The position numbers were made by a program, and so were the translations under genes. A DNA stretch of 64,000 nt from Eledone cirrhosa. Taxonomy: Eukaryota. The stretch is from positions 398,288,001 through 398,352,000 of the forward strand of contig OZ024741.1 of assembly GCA_964016885.1 (NCBI GenBank). The letters are read 5' to 3'. Of this stretch, positions 20,601-35,600 are shown in pieces (position 1 is the first letter of the stretch; each line of letters opens with the position of its first letter). The notes under the pieces are model-generated. The model made no database searches. It saw only the letters and a program-made list of their open reading frames with translations, and was not told where the DNA came from.

Positions 20601-23600
20601 AACATGTAGAGTCACTGAAACACAAGACAATGTGTGACTTTAGTGTAACATGTAGAGTCACTGCGACACAAGACAGTGTCACTTTAGTGTAACATGTAGA
20701 GTCACTGAGACACAAGACAGTGTGTCACTTTAGTGTAACATGTAGAGTCACTGAGACACAAGACAATGTGACTTTAGTGTAACATGTAGAGTCACTGCAA
20801 CACAAGACAATATGTCACTTTAGTGTAACATGTAGTCACTGAGACACAAGACAATGTGTGACTTTAGTGTAACATGTAGAGTCACTTTAGTGTAACATGT
20901 ACAGTCAATGAGACACAAGACAATGTGTGACTTTAGTGTAACATGTAGAGTCACTGAGATAAGACAATGTGTGACTTTAGTGTAACATGTAGAGTCACTG
21001 AGACACAAGACAATGTGTCACTTCAGTGTAACATGTAGTCACTGAGACACAAGGCAGTGTGTCACTTTAGTGCAACATGTAGAGTCACTGAGACAAGACA
21101 GTGTGTCACTTTAGTGTAACATGTAAAGTCACTGAGACACAAGACAATGTGTCACTTTAGTATAACATGTAGAGTCACTGAGACACAAGACAATGTGTGA
21201 CTTTAGTGTAACATGTAGAGTCACTGAGACAAGACTGTGTCACTTTAGTGTAACATGTAGAGTCACTGAGACAAAACAATTTGTGACTTTAGTGTAACAT
21301 GTAGAGTCACTGAGACACAAGACAGTGTGTCACTTTAGTGTAACATGTAGAGTCACTGAGACACAAGGCAGTGTGTCACTTTAGTGTAACATGTAGACTC
21401 ACTGAGACACAAGACAATGTGTGACTTTAGTGTAACATGTAGTCACTGAGACATAAGACAATGTTTGACTTTAGTGTAACATGTAGAGTCACTGAGACAA
21501 GACAATGTGTGACTTTAGTGTAACATGTAGTCATAGACACAAGGCAATGTGTGACTTTAGTGTAACATGTAGTCACTGAGACAAGGCAGTGTGTCACTTT
21601 AGTGCAACATGTAGTCACTGAGACAAGACAGTGTGTCACTTTAGTGTAACATGTAGAGTCACTGAAACACAAGACAATGTGTGACTTTAGTGTAACATGT
21701 AGAGTCACTGCGACACAAGACAGTGTGTCACTTTAGTGTAACATGTAGAGTCACTGAGACACAAGACAGTGTGTCACTTTAGTGCAACATGTAGGCATAG
21801 ACACAAGGCAATGTGTGACTTTAGTGTAACATGTAGAGTCACTAAGACAAGACAATGTGTGACTTTAGTGTAACATGTAGAGTCACTGAGACATAAGACA
21901 ATGTGTGACTTTAGTCTAACATGTAGTCACTGAGACACAAGACTGTGACTTTAGTGTAACATGTAGAGTCACTGAGACACAAGACAATGTGTCACTTTAG
22001 TATAACATGTAGAGTCACTGAGACAAGACAATGTGTGGCTTTAGTGTAACATGTAGAGTCACTGAGACACAAGGCAATGTGTGACTTTAGTGTAAAATGT
22101 AGAGTCACTGAGACACAAGGCAGTGTGTCACTTTAGTGTAACATGCAGTCACTGAGACACAAGGCAATGTGTGACTTTAGTGTAACATGTAGAGTCACTG
22201 AGACACAAGCCAGTGTGTCACATCAGTGTAACATGTAGAGTCATTGAGACACAAGACAGTGTGTCACTTTAGTGTAACATGTAGAGTCACTGAGACACAA
22301 GACAATGTCACTTTAGTGTAACATGTAGAGTCACTGAGACATAAGATAATGTTTCACTTTAGTGTAACATGTAGAGTCACAGACATAAGACATTGTGTCA
22401 CTTTAGTGTAACATGTAGAGTCACTGAGACACAAGACAATGTGTGACTTTAGTGTAACATGTAGAGTCACTGGGACACAAGACAGTGTCACTGAGACAAG
22501 ACTGTGACTTTAGTGTAACATGTAGAGTCACTGAAACACAAGACAATGTGTGACTTTAGTGTAACATGTAGAGTCACTGCGACACAAGACAGTGTCACTT
22601 TAGTGTAACATGTAGAGTCACTGAGACACAAGACAATGTGTGACTTTAGTGTAACATGTAGAGTCACAGACATAAGACATTGTGTCACTTTAGCGTAACA
22701 TGTAGGGTCACTGAAACACAAGACTGTGTCACTTTAGTGTAACATGTAGAGTCACTGAGACACAAGACAATGTGTGACTTTAGTGTAACATGTAGAGTCA
22801 CTGAGACACAAGACAGTGTGTCACTTTAGTGTAACATGTAAAGTCACTGAGACACAAGACATTGTGTCACTTTAGTGTAACATGTAGAGTCACTGAAACA
22901 CAAGTCAATGTGTGACTTTAGTGTAACATGTAGTCAGACACAAGGCAATGTGTGACTTTAGTGTAACATGTAGTCACTGAGACACAAGGCAGTGTGTCAC
23001 TTTAGTGCAACATGTAGAGTCACTGAGACAAGACAGTGTGTCACTTTAGTGTAACATGTAGTCACTGAGACACAAGACAGTGTGTCACTTTAGTGTAACA
23101 TGTAGAGTCACTGAGACACAAGACAGTGTGTCACTTTAGTGTAACATGTAGAGTCACTGAGACAAGACAATGTGTGACTTTAGTGTAACATGTATAGTCA
23201 CTGAGACATAAGACAATGTGTCACTTTAGTGTAACATGTAGAATCACAGACATGAGACATTGTGTCACTTTAGTGTAACATGTAGTCACTGAGACACAAG
23301 ACAATGTGTGACTTTAGTGTAACATGTAGAGTCACTGCAACACAAGACAGTGTCACTGAGACACAAGACTGTGACTTTAGTGTAACATGTAGAGTCACTG
23401 AAACACAAGACAATGTGTGACTTTAGTGTAACATGTAGAGTCACTGCGACACAAGACAGTGTCACTTTAGTGTAACATGTAGAGTCACTGAGACACAAGA
23501 CAGTGTGTCACTTTAGTGTAACATGTAGAGTCACTGAGACACAAGACAATGTGTCACTTCAGTGTAACATGTAATCACTGAGACACAAGACAATGTGTGA

Positions 23601-26600
23601 CTTTAGTGTAACATGTAGAGTCACTGAGACATAAGACAATGTTTGACTTTAGTGTAACATGTAGAGTCACTGAGACAAGACAATGTGTGACTTTAGTGTA
23701 ACATGTAGAGTCACTGAGACACAAGGCAATGTGTGACTTTAGTGTAAAATGTAGAGTCACTGAGACACAAGGCAGTGTCACTTTAGTGTAACATGTCACT
23801 GAGACACAAGGCAATGTGTGACTTTAGTGTAACATGTAGTCATAGACACAAGGCAATGTGTGACTTTAGTGTAACATGTAGAGTCACTGAGACATAAGAC
23901 AATGTGTCTTTAGTGTAACATGTAGTCACTGAGACACAAGACAATGTGTGACTTTAGTGTAACATGTAGAGTCACTGAGACAAGACAGTGTGTCACTTAG
24001 TGTAACATGTAGAGTCACTGAGACACAAGACAGTGTGTCACTTTAGTGTAACATGTAGAGACACAAGACAGTGTGTCACTTTAGTGTAACATGTAGAGTC
24101 ACTGAGACACAAGGCAGTGTGTCAATTTAGTGTAACATGTAGACTCACTGAGACACAAGACAATGTGTGACTTTAGTGTAACATGTAGAGTCACTGAGAC
24201 ATAAGACAATGTTTGACTTTAGTGTAACATGTAGAGTCACTGAGACAAGACAATGTGTGACTTTAGTGTAACATGTAGTCATAGACACAAGGCAATGTGT
24301 GACTTTAGTGTAACATGTAGTCACTGAGACAAGGCAGTGTGTCACTTTAGTGCAACATGTAGTCACTGAGACAATACAGTGTGTCACTTTAGTGTAACAC
24401 GTAGAGTCACTGAGACACAAGACTGTGTCACTTTAGTGTAACATGTAGAGTCACTGAGACACAAGACAATGTGTGACTTTAGTGTAACATGTAGAGTCAC
24501 TGAGACACAAGACAGTGTGTCACTTTAGTGTAACATGTAAAGTCACTGAGACACAAGACATTGTGTCACTTTAGTGTAACATGTAGAGTCACTGAAACAC
24601 AAGTCAATGTGTGACTTTAGTGTAACATGTAGTCATAGACACAAGGCAATGTGTGACTTTAGTGTAACATGTAGTCACTGAGACACAAGGCAGTGTGTCA
24701 CTTTAGTGCAACATGTAGAGTCACTGAGACAAGACAGTGTGTCACTTTAGTGTAACATGTAGTCACTGAGACACAAGACAGTGTGTCACTTTAGTGTAAC
24801 ATGTAGAGTCACTGAGACACAAGACAGTGTGTCACTTTAGTGTAACATGTAGAGTCAGAGACAAGACAATGTGTGACTTTAGTGTAACATGTATAGTCAC
24901 TGAGACATAAGACAATGTGTCACTTTAGTGTAACATGTAGAATCACAGACATGAGACATTGTGTCACTTTAGTGTAACATGTAGTCACTGAGACACAAGA
25001 CAATGTGTGACTTTAGTGTAACATGTAGAGTCACTGGAACACAAGACAGTGTCACTGAGACACAAGACTGTGACTTTAGTGTAACATGTAGAGTCACTGA
25101 AACACAAGACAATGTGTGACTTTAGTGTAACATGTAGAGTCACTGCGACACAAGACAGTGTCACTTTAGTGTAACATGTAGAGTCACTGAGACACAAGAC
25201 AGTGTGTCACTTTAGTGTAACATGTAGAGTCACTGAGACACAAGACAATGTGACTTTAGTGTAACATGTAGAGTCACTGCAACACAAGACAATATGTCAC
25301 TTTAGTGTAACATGTAGTCACTGAGACACAAGACAATGTGTGACTTTAGTGTAACATGTAGAGTCACTGAGACAAGACAGTGTGTCACTTTAGTGTAACA
25401 TGTACAGTCAATGAGACACAAGACAATGTGTGACTTTAGTGTAACATGTAGAGTCACTGAGATAAGACAATGTGTGACTTTAGTGTAACATGTAGAGTCA
25501 CTGAGACACAAGACAATGTGTCACTTCAGTGTAACATGTAGTCACTGAGACACAAGACAATGTGTGACTTTAGTGTAACATGTAGAGTCACTGAGACATA
25601 AGACAATGTGTGACTTTAGTGTAACATGTAGTCACTGAGACACAAGACAATGTGTGACTTTAGTGTAACATGTAGAGTCACTGAGACAAGACTGTGTCAC
25701 TTTAGTGTAACATGTAGAGTCAATGAGACACAAGACAGTGTGTCACTTTAGTGTAACATGTAGAGTCACTGAGACAAAACAATTTGTGACTTTAGCGTAA
25801 CATGTAGAGTCACTGAGACACAAGACAGTGTGTCACTTTAGTGTAACATGTAGAGTCACTGAGATACAAGACAGTGTGTCACTTTAGTGTAACATGTAGA
25901 GTCACTGAGACACAAGGCAGTGTGTCACTTTAGTGTAACATGTAGACTCACTGAGACACAAGACAATGTGTGACTATAGTGTAACATGTAGTCACTGAGA
26001 CATAAGACAATGTTTGACTTTAGTGTAACATGTAGAGTCACTGAGACAAGACAATGTGTGACTTTAGTGTAACATGTAGTCATAGACACAAGGCAATGTG
26101 TGACTTTAGTGTAACATGTAGTCACTGAGACAGGGCAGTGTGTCACTTTAGTGCAACATGTAGTCACTGAGACAAGACAGTGTGTCACTTTAGTGTAACA
26201 TGTAGAGTCACTGAAACACAAGACAATGTGTGACTTTAGTGTAACATGTAGAGTCACTGCGACACAAGACAGTGTGTCACTTTAGTGTAACATGTAGAGT
26301 CAATGAGACACAAGACAGTGTGTCACTTTAGTGCAACATGTAGGCATAGACACAAGGCAATGTGTGACTTTAGTGTAAAATGTAGAGTCACTGAGACACA
26401 AGGCAGTGTGTCACTTTAGTGTAACATGCAGTCACTGAGACACAAGGCAATGTGTGACTTTAGTGTAACATGTAGAGTCACTGAGACACAAGCCAGTGTG
26501 TCACATCAGTGTAACATGTAGAGTCATTGAGACACAAGACGGTGTGTCACTTTAGTGTAACATGTAGAGTCACTGAGACACAAGACAATGTCACTTTAGT

Positions 26601-29600
26601 GTAACATGTAGAGTCACTGAGACATAAGATAATGTTTCACTTTAGTGTAACATGTAGAGTCACAGACATAAGACATTGTGTCACTTTAGTGTAACATGTA
26701 GAGTCACTGAGACACAAGACAATGTGTGACTTTAGTGTAACATGTAGAGTCACTGGGACACAAGACAGTGTCACTGAGACAAGACTGTGACTTTAGTGTA
26801 ACATGTAGAGTCACTGAAACACAAGACAATGTGTGACTTTAGTGTAACATGTAGAGTCACTGCGACACAAGACAGTGTCACTTTAGTGTAACATGTAGAG
26901 TCACTGAGACACAAGACAATGTGTGACTTTAGTGTAACATGTAGAGTCACAGACATAAGACATTGTGTCACTTTAGTGTAACATGTAGGGTCACTGAGAC
27001 ACAAGACAGTGTCACTTTAGTCTAACATGTAGAGTCACTGAGACACAAGACTGTGTGACTTTAGTGTAACATGTAGAGTCACTGAAACACAAGACTGTGT
27101 CACTTTAGTGTAACATGGAGAGTCACTGAGACACAAGACAATGTGTGACTTTAGTGTAACATGTAGAGTCACTGAGACACAAGACAATGTGTGACTTTAG
27201 TGTAACATGTAGAGTCACTGAGACACAAGACATTGTGTCACTTTAGTGTAACATGTAGAGTCACTGAAACACAAGTCAATGTGTGACTTTAGTGTAACAT
27301 GTAGTCAGACACAAGGCAATGTGTGACTTTAGTGTAACATGTAGTCACTGAGACACAAGACAGTGTGTCACTTTAGTGTAACATGTAGAGTCACTGAGAC
27401 AAGACAATGTGTGACTTTAGTGTAACATGTATAGTCACTGAGACATAAGACAATGTGTCACTTTAGTGTAACATGTAGAATCACAGACATGAGACATTGT
27501 GTCACTTTAGTGTAACATGTAGTCACTGAGACACAAGACAATGTGTGACTTTAGTGTAACATGTAGAGTCACTGCAACACAAGACAGTGTCACTGAGACA
27601 CAAGACTATGACTTTAGTGTAACATGTAGAGTCACTGAAACACAAGACAATGTGTGACTTTAGTGTAACATGTAGAGTCACTGCGACACAAGACAGTGTC
27701 ACTTTAGTGTAACATGTAGAGTCACTGATACACAAGACAGTGTGTCACTTTAGTGTAACATGTAGAGTCACTGAGACACAAGACAATGTGTCACTTAAGT
27801 GTAACATGTAATCACTGAGACACAAGACAATGTGTGACTTTAGTGTAACATGTAGAGTCACTGAGACATAAGACAATGTTTGACTTTAGTGTAACATGTA
27901 GAGTCACTGAGACAAGACAATGTGTGACTTTAGTGTAACATGTAGAGTCACTGAGACACAAGGCAATGTGTGACTTTAGTGTAAAATGTAGAGTCACTGA
28001 GACACAAGGCAGTGTCACTTTAGTGTAACATGTCACTGAGACACAAGGCAATGTGTGACTTTAGTGTAACATGTAGTCATAGACACAAGACAATGTGTGA
28101 CTTTAGTGTAACATGTAGAGTCACTGAGACATAAGACAATGTGTCTTTAGTGTAACATGTAGTCACTGAGACACAAGACAATGTGTGACTTTAGTGTAAC
28201 ATGTAGTCACTGAGACAAGACAGTGTGTCACTTAGTGTAACATGTAGAGTCACTGAGACACAAGACAGTGTGTCACTTTAGTGTAACATGTAGAGACACA
28301 AGACAGTGTGTCACTTTAGTGTAACATGTAGAGTCACTGAGACACAAGGCAGTGTCAATTTAGTGTAACATGTAGACTCACTGAGACACAAGACAATGTG
28401 TGACTTTAGTGTAACATGTAGAGTCACTGAGACATAAGACAATGTTTGACTTTAGTGTAACATGTAGAGTCACTGAGACAAGACAATGTGTGACTTTAGT
28501 GTAACATGTAGTCATAGACACAAGGCAATGTGTGACTTTAGTGTAACATGTAGTCACTGAGACAAGGCAGTGTGTCACTTTAGTGCAACATGTAGTCACT
28601 GAGACAATACAGTGTGTCACTTTAGTGTAACACGTAGAGTCACTGAGACACAAGACTGTGTGACTTTAGTGTAACATGTAGAGTCACTGAAACACAAGAC
28701 TGTGTCACTTTAGTGTAACATGTAGAGTCACTGAGACACAAGACAATGTGTGACTTTAGTGTAACATGTAGAGTCACTGAGACACAAGACAGTGTGTCAC
28801 TTTAGTGTAACATGTAAAGTCACTGAGACACAAGACATTGTGTCACTTTAGTGTAACATGTAGAGTCACTGAAACACAAGTCAATGTGTGACTTTAGTGT
28901 AACATGTAGTCATAGACACAAGGCAATGTGTGACTTTAGTGTAACATGTAGTCACTGAGACACAAGGCAGTGTGTCACTTTAGTGCAACATGTAGAGTCA
29001 CTGAGACAAGACAGTGTGTCACTTTAGTGTAACATGTAGTCACTGAGACACAAGACAGTGTGTCACTTTAGTGTAACATGTAGAGTCACTGAGACACAAG
29101 ACAGTGTGTCACTTTAGTGTAACATGTAGAGTCACTGAGACAAGACAATGTGTGACTTTAGTGTAACATGTATAGTCACTGAGACATAAGACAATGTGTC
29201 ACTTTAGTGTAACATGTAGAATCACAGACATGAGACATTGTGTCACTTTAGTGTAACATGTAGTCACTGAGACACAAGACAATGTGTGACTTTAGTGTAA
29301 CATGTAGAGTCACTGCGACACAAGACAGTGTCACTTTAGTGTAACATGTAGAGTCACTGAGACACAAGACAGTGTGTCACTTTAGTGTAACATGTAGAGT
29401 CACTGAGACACAAGACAATGTGAATTTAGTGTAACATGTAGAGTCACTGCAACACAAGACAATATGTCACTTTAGTGTAACATGTAGTCACTGAGACACA
29501 AGACAATGTGTGACTTTAGTGTAACATGTAGAGTCACTGAGATAAGACAATGTGTGACTTTAGTGTAACATGTAGAGTCACTGAGACACAAGACAATGTG

Positions 29601-32600
29601 TCACTTCAGTGTAACATGTAGTCACTGAGACACAAGGCAGTGTGTCACTTTAGTGCAACATGTAGAGTCACTGAGACAAGACAGTGTGTCACTTTAGTGT
29701 AACATGTAAAGTCACTGAGACACAAGACAATGTGTCACTTTAGTATAACATGTAGAGTCACTGAGACACAAGACAATGTGTGACTTTAGTGTAACATGTA
29801 GAGTCACTGAGACATAAGACAATGTGTGACTTTAGTGTAACATGTAGTCACTGAGACACAAGACAATGTGTGACTTTAGTGTAACATGTAGAGTCACTGA
29901 GACACAAGACAATGTGTCACTTCGGTGTAACATGTAGTCACTGAGACACAAGGCAGTGTGTCACTTTAGTGCAACATGTAGAGTCACTGAGACAAGACAG
30001 TGTGTCACTTTAGTGTAACATGTAAAGTCACTGAGACACAAGACAATGTGTCACTTTAGTATAACATGTAGAGTCACTGAGACACAAGACAATGTGTGAC
30101 TTTAGTGTAACATGTAGAGTCACTGAGACATAAGACAATGTGTGACTTTAGTGTAACATGTAGTCACTGAGACACAAGACAATGTGTGACTTTAGTGTAA
30201 CATGTAGAGTCACTGAGACAAGACTGTGTCACTTTAGTGTAACATGTAGAGTCAATGAGACACAAGACAGTGCGTCACTTTAGTGTAACATGTAGTGTCA
30301 CTGAGACAAAACAATTTGTGACTTTAGTGTAACATGTAGAGTCACTGAGACACAAGACAGTGTGTCACTTTAGTGTAACATGTAGAGTCACTGAGATACA
30401 AGACAGTGTGTCACTTTAGTGTAACATGTAGAGTCACTGAGACACAAGGCAGTGTGTCACTTTAGTGTAACATGTAGACTCACTGAGACAAGACAATGTG
30501 TGACTTTAGTGTAACATGTAGAGTCACTGAGACATAAGACAATGTTTGACTTTAGTGTAACATGTAGAGTCACTGAGACAAGACAATGTGTGACTTTAGT
30601 GTAACATGTAGTCATAGACACAAGGCAATGTGTGACTTTAGTGTAACATGTAGTCACTGAGACAAGGCAGTGTGTCACTTTAGTGCAACATGTAGTCACT
30701 GAGACAAGACAGTGTGTCACTTTAGTGTAACATGTAGAGTCACTGAGACACAAGACAGTGTGTCACTTTAGTGCAACATGTAGGCATAGACACAAGACAA
30801 TGTGTGACTTTAGTGTAACATGTAGAGTCACTAAGACAAGACAATGTGTGACTTTAGTGTAACATGTAGAGTCACTGAGACATAAGACAATGTGTGACTT
30901 TAGTCTAACATGTAGTCACTGAGACACAAGACTGTGACTTTAGTGTAACATGTAGAGTCACTGAGACAAGACAATGTGTGACTTTAGTGTAACATGTAGA
31001 GTCACTGAGACACAAGGCAATGTGTGACTTTAGTGTAAAATGTAGAGTCACTGAGACACAAGGCAGTGTGTCACTTTAGTGTAACATGCAGTCACTGAGA
31101 CACAAGGCAATGTGTGACTTTAGTGTAACATGTAGAGTCACTGAGACACAAGCCAGTGTGTCACATCAGTGTAACATGTAGAGTCATTGAGACACAAGAC
31201 AGTGTGTCACTTTAGTGTAACATGTAGAGTCACTGAGACAAGACAATGTCACTTTAGTGTAACATGTAGAGTCACTGAGACATAAGATAATGTTTCAATT
31301 TAGTGTAACATGTAGAGTCACAGACATAAGACATTGTGTCACTTTAGTGTAACATGTAGAGTCACTGAGACACAAGACAATGTGTGACTTTAGTGTAACA
31401 TGTAGAGTCACTGGGACACAAGACAGTGTCACTGAGACAAGACTGTGACTTTAGTGTAACATGTAGAGTCACTGAAACACAAGACAATGTGTGACTTTAG
31501 TGTAACATGTAGAGTCACTGCGACACAAGACAGTGTCACTTTAGTGTAACATGTAGAGTCACTGAGACACAAGACAGTGTGTCACTTTAGTGTAACATGT
31601 AGAGTCACTGAGACACAAGACAATGTGTGACTTTAGTGTAACATGTAGAGTCACAGACATAAGACATTGTGTCACTTTAGTGTAACATGTAGGGTCACTG
31701 AGACACAAGACAGTGTCACTATAGTCTAACATGTAGAGTCACTGAGACACAAGACTGTGTGACTTTAGTGTAACATGTAGAGTCACTGAAACACAAGACT
31801 GTGTCACTTTAGTGTAACATGTAGAGTCACTGAAACACAAGACAATGTGTGACTTTAGTGTAACATGTAGAGTCACTGAGACACAAGACAGTGTGTCACT
31901 TTAGTGTAACATGTAAAGTCACTGAGACACAAGACATTGTGTCACTTTAGTGTAACATGTAGAGTCACTGAAACACAAGTCAATGTGTGACTTTAGTGTA
32001 ACATGTAGTCATAGACACAAGGCAATGTGTGACTTTAGTGTAACATGTAGTCACTGAGACACAAGGCAGTGTGTCACTTTAGTGCAACATGTAGAGTCAC
32101 TGAGACAAGACAGTGTGTCACTTTAGTGTAACATGTAGTCACTGAGACACAAGACAGTGTGTCACTTTAGTGTAACATGTAGAGTCACTGAGACACAAGA
32201 CAGTGTGTCACTTTAGTGTAACATGTAGAGTCACTGAGACATGACAATGTGTGACTTTAGTGTAACATGTATAGTCACTGAGACATAAGACAATGTGTCA
32301 CTTTAGTGTAACATGTAGAATCACAGACATGAGACATTGTGTCACTTTAGTGTAACATGTAGTCACTGAGACACAAGACAATGTGTGACTTTAGTGTAAC
32401 ATGTAGAGTCACTGCAACACAAGACAGTGTCACTGAGACACAAGACTGACTTTAGTGTAACATGTAGAGTCACTGAAACACAAGACAATGTGTGACTTTA
32501 GTGTAACATGTAGAGTCACTGCGACACAAGACAGTGTCACTTTAGTGTAACATGTAGATTCACTGAGACACAAGACAGTGTGTCACTTTAGTGTAACATG

Positions 32601-35600
32601 TAGACTCACTGAGACACAAGACAATGTGTGACTTTAGTGTAACATGTAGAGTCACTGAGACATAAGACAATGTTTGACTTTAGTGTAACATGTAGAGTCA
32701 CTGAGACAAGACAATGTGTGACTTTAGTGTAACATGTAGTCATAGACACAAGGCAATGTGTGACTTTAGTGTAACATGTAGTCACTGAGACAAGGCAGTG
32801 TGTCACTTTAGTGCAACATGTAGTCACTGAGACAAGACAGTGTTTCACTTTAGTGTAACATGTAGAGTCACTGAGACACAAGACAATGTGTGACTTTAGT
32901 GTAACATGTAGAGTCACTGCAACACAAGACAGTGTCACTGAGACACAAGACTGTGACTTTAGTGTAACATGTAGAGTCACTGAAACACAAGACAATGTGT
33001 GACTTTAGTGTAACATGTAGAGTCACTGCGACACAAGACAGTGTCACTTTAGTGTAACATGTAGAGTCACTGAGACACAAGACAGTGTGTCACTTTAGTG
33101 TAACATGTAGAGTCACTGAGACACAAGACAATGTGAATTTAGTGTAACATGTAGAGTCACTGCAACACAAGACAATATGTCACTTTAGTGTAACATGTAG
33201 TCACTGAGACACAAGACAATGTGTGACTTTAGTGTAACATGTAGAGTCACTGAGATAAGACAATGTGTGACTTTAGTGTAACATGTAGAGTCACTGAGAC
33301 ACAAGACAATGTGTCACTTCAGTGTAACATGTAGTCACTGAGACACAAGGCAGTGTGTCACTTTAGTGCAACATGTAGAGTCACTGAGACAAGACAGTGT
33401 GTCACTTTAGTGTAACATGTAAAGTCACTGAGACACAAGACAATGTGTCACTTTAGTATAACATGTAGAGTCACTGAGACACAAGACAATGTGTGACTTT
33501 AGTGTAACATGTAGAGTCACTGAGACATAAGACAATGTGTGACTTTAGTGTAACATGTAGTCACTGAGACACAAGACAATGTGTGACTTTAGTGTAACAT
33601 GTAGAGTCACTGAGACACAAGACAATGTGTCACTTCGGTGTAACATGTAGTCACTGAGACACAAGGCAGTGTGTCACTTTAGTGCAAAATGTAGAGTCAC
33701 TGAGACAAGACAGTGTGTCACTTTAGTGTAACATGTAAAGTCACTGAGACACAAGACAATGTGTCACTTTAGTATAACATGTAGAGTCACTGAGACACAA
33801 GACAATGTGTGACTTTAGTGTAACATGTAGAGTCACTGAGACATAAGACAATGTGTGACTTTAGTGTAACATGTAGTCACTGAGACACAAGACAATGTGT
33901 GACTTTAGTGTAACATGTAGAGTCACTGAGACAAGACTGTGTCACTTTAGTGTAACATGTAGAGTCAATGAGACACAAGACAGTCCGTCACTTTAGTGTA
34001 ACATGTAGTGTCACTGAGACAAAACAATTTGTGACTTTAGTGTAACATGTAGAGTCACTGAGACACAAGACAGTGTGTCACTTTAGTGTAACATGTAGAG
34101 TCACTGAGATACAAGACAGTGTGTCACTTTAGTGTAACATGTAGAGTCACTGAGACACAAGGCAGTGTGTCACTTTAGTGTAACATGTAGACTCACTGAG
34201 ACAAGACAATGTGTGACTTTAGTGTAACATGTAGAGTCACTGAGACATAAGACAATGTTTGACTTTAGTGTAACATGTAGAGTCACTGAGACAAGACAAT
34301 GTGTGACTTTAGTGTAACATGTAGTCATAGACACAAGGCAATGTGTGACTTTAGTGTAACATGTAGTCACTGAGACAAGGCAGTGTGTCACTTTAGTGCA
34401 ACATGTAGTCACTGAGACAAGACAGTGTGTCACTTTAGTGTAACATGTAGAGTCACTGAGACACAAGACAGTGTGTCACTTTAGTGCAACATGTAGGCAT
34501 AGACACAAGACAATGTGTGACTTTAGTGTAACATGTAGAGTCACTAAGACAAGACAATGTGTGACTTTAGTGTAACATGTAGAGTCACTGAGACATAAGA
34601 CAATGTGTGACTTTAGTCTAACATGTAGTCACTGAGACACAAGACTGTGACTTTAGTGTAACATGTAGAGTCACTGAGACACAAGACAATGTGTCACTTT
34701 AGTATAACATGTAGAGTCACTGAGACAAGACAATGTGTGACTTTAGTGTAACATGTAGAGTCACTGAGACACAAGGCAATGTGTGACTTTAGTGTAAAAT
34801 GTAGAGTCACTGAGACACAAGGCAGTGTGTCACTTTAGTGTAACATGCAGTCACTGAGACACAAGGCAATGTGTGACTTTAGTGTAACATGTAGAGTCAC
34901 TGAGACACAAGCCAGTGTGTCACATCAGTGTAACATGTAGAGTCATTGAGACACAAGACAGTGTGTCACTTTAGTGTAACATGTAGAGTCACTGAGACAA
35001 GACAATGTCACTTTAGTGTAACATGTAGAGTCACTGAGACATAAGATAATGTTTCAATTTAGTGTAACATGTAGAGTCACAGACATAAGACATTGTGTCA
35101 CTTTAGTGTAACATGTAGAGTCACTGAGACACAAGACAATGTGTGACTTTAGTGTAACATGTAGAGTCACTGGGACACAAGACAGTGTCACTGAGACAAG
35201 ACTGTGACTTTAGTGTAACATGTAGAGTCACTGAAACACAAGACAATGTGTGACTTTAGTGTAACATGTAGAGTCACTGCGACACAAGACAGTGTCACTT
35301 TAGTGTAACATGTAGAGTCACTGAGACACAAGACAGTGTGTCACTTTAGTGTAACATGTAGAGTCACTGAGACACAAGACAATGTGTGACTTTAGTGTAA
35401 CATGTAGAGTCACAGACATAAGACATTGTGTCACTTTAGTGTAACATGTAGGGTCACTGAGACACAAGAGAGTGTCACTATAGTCTAACATGTAGAGTCA
35501 CTGAGACACAAGACTGTGTGACTTTAGTGTAACATGTAGAGTCACTGAAACACAAGACTGTGTCACTTTAGTGTAACATGTAGAGTCACTGAAACACAAG

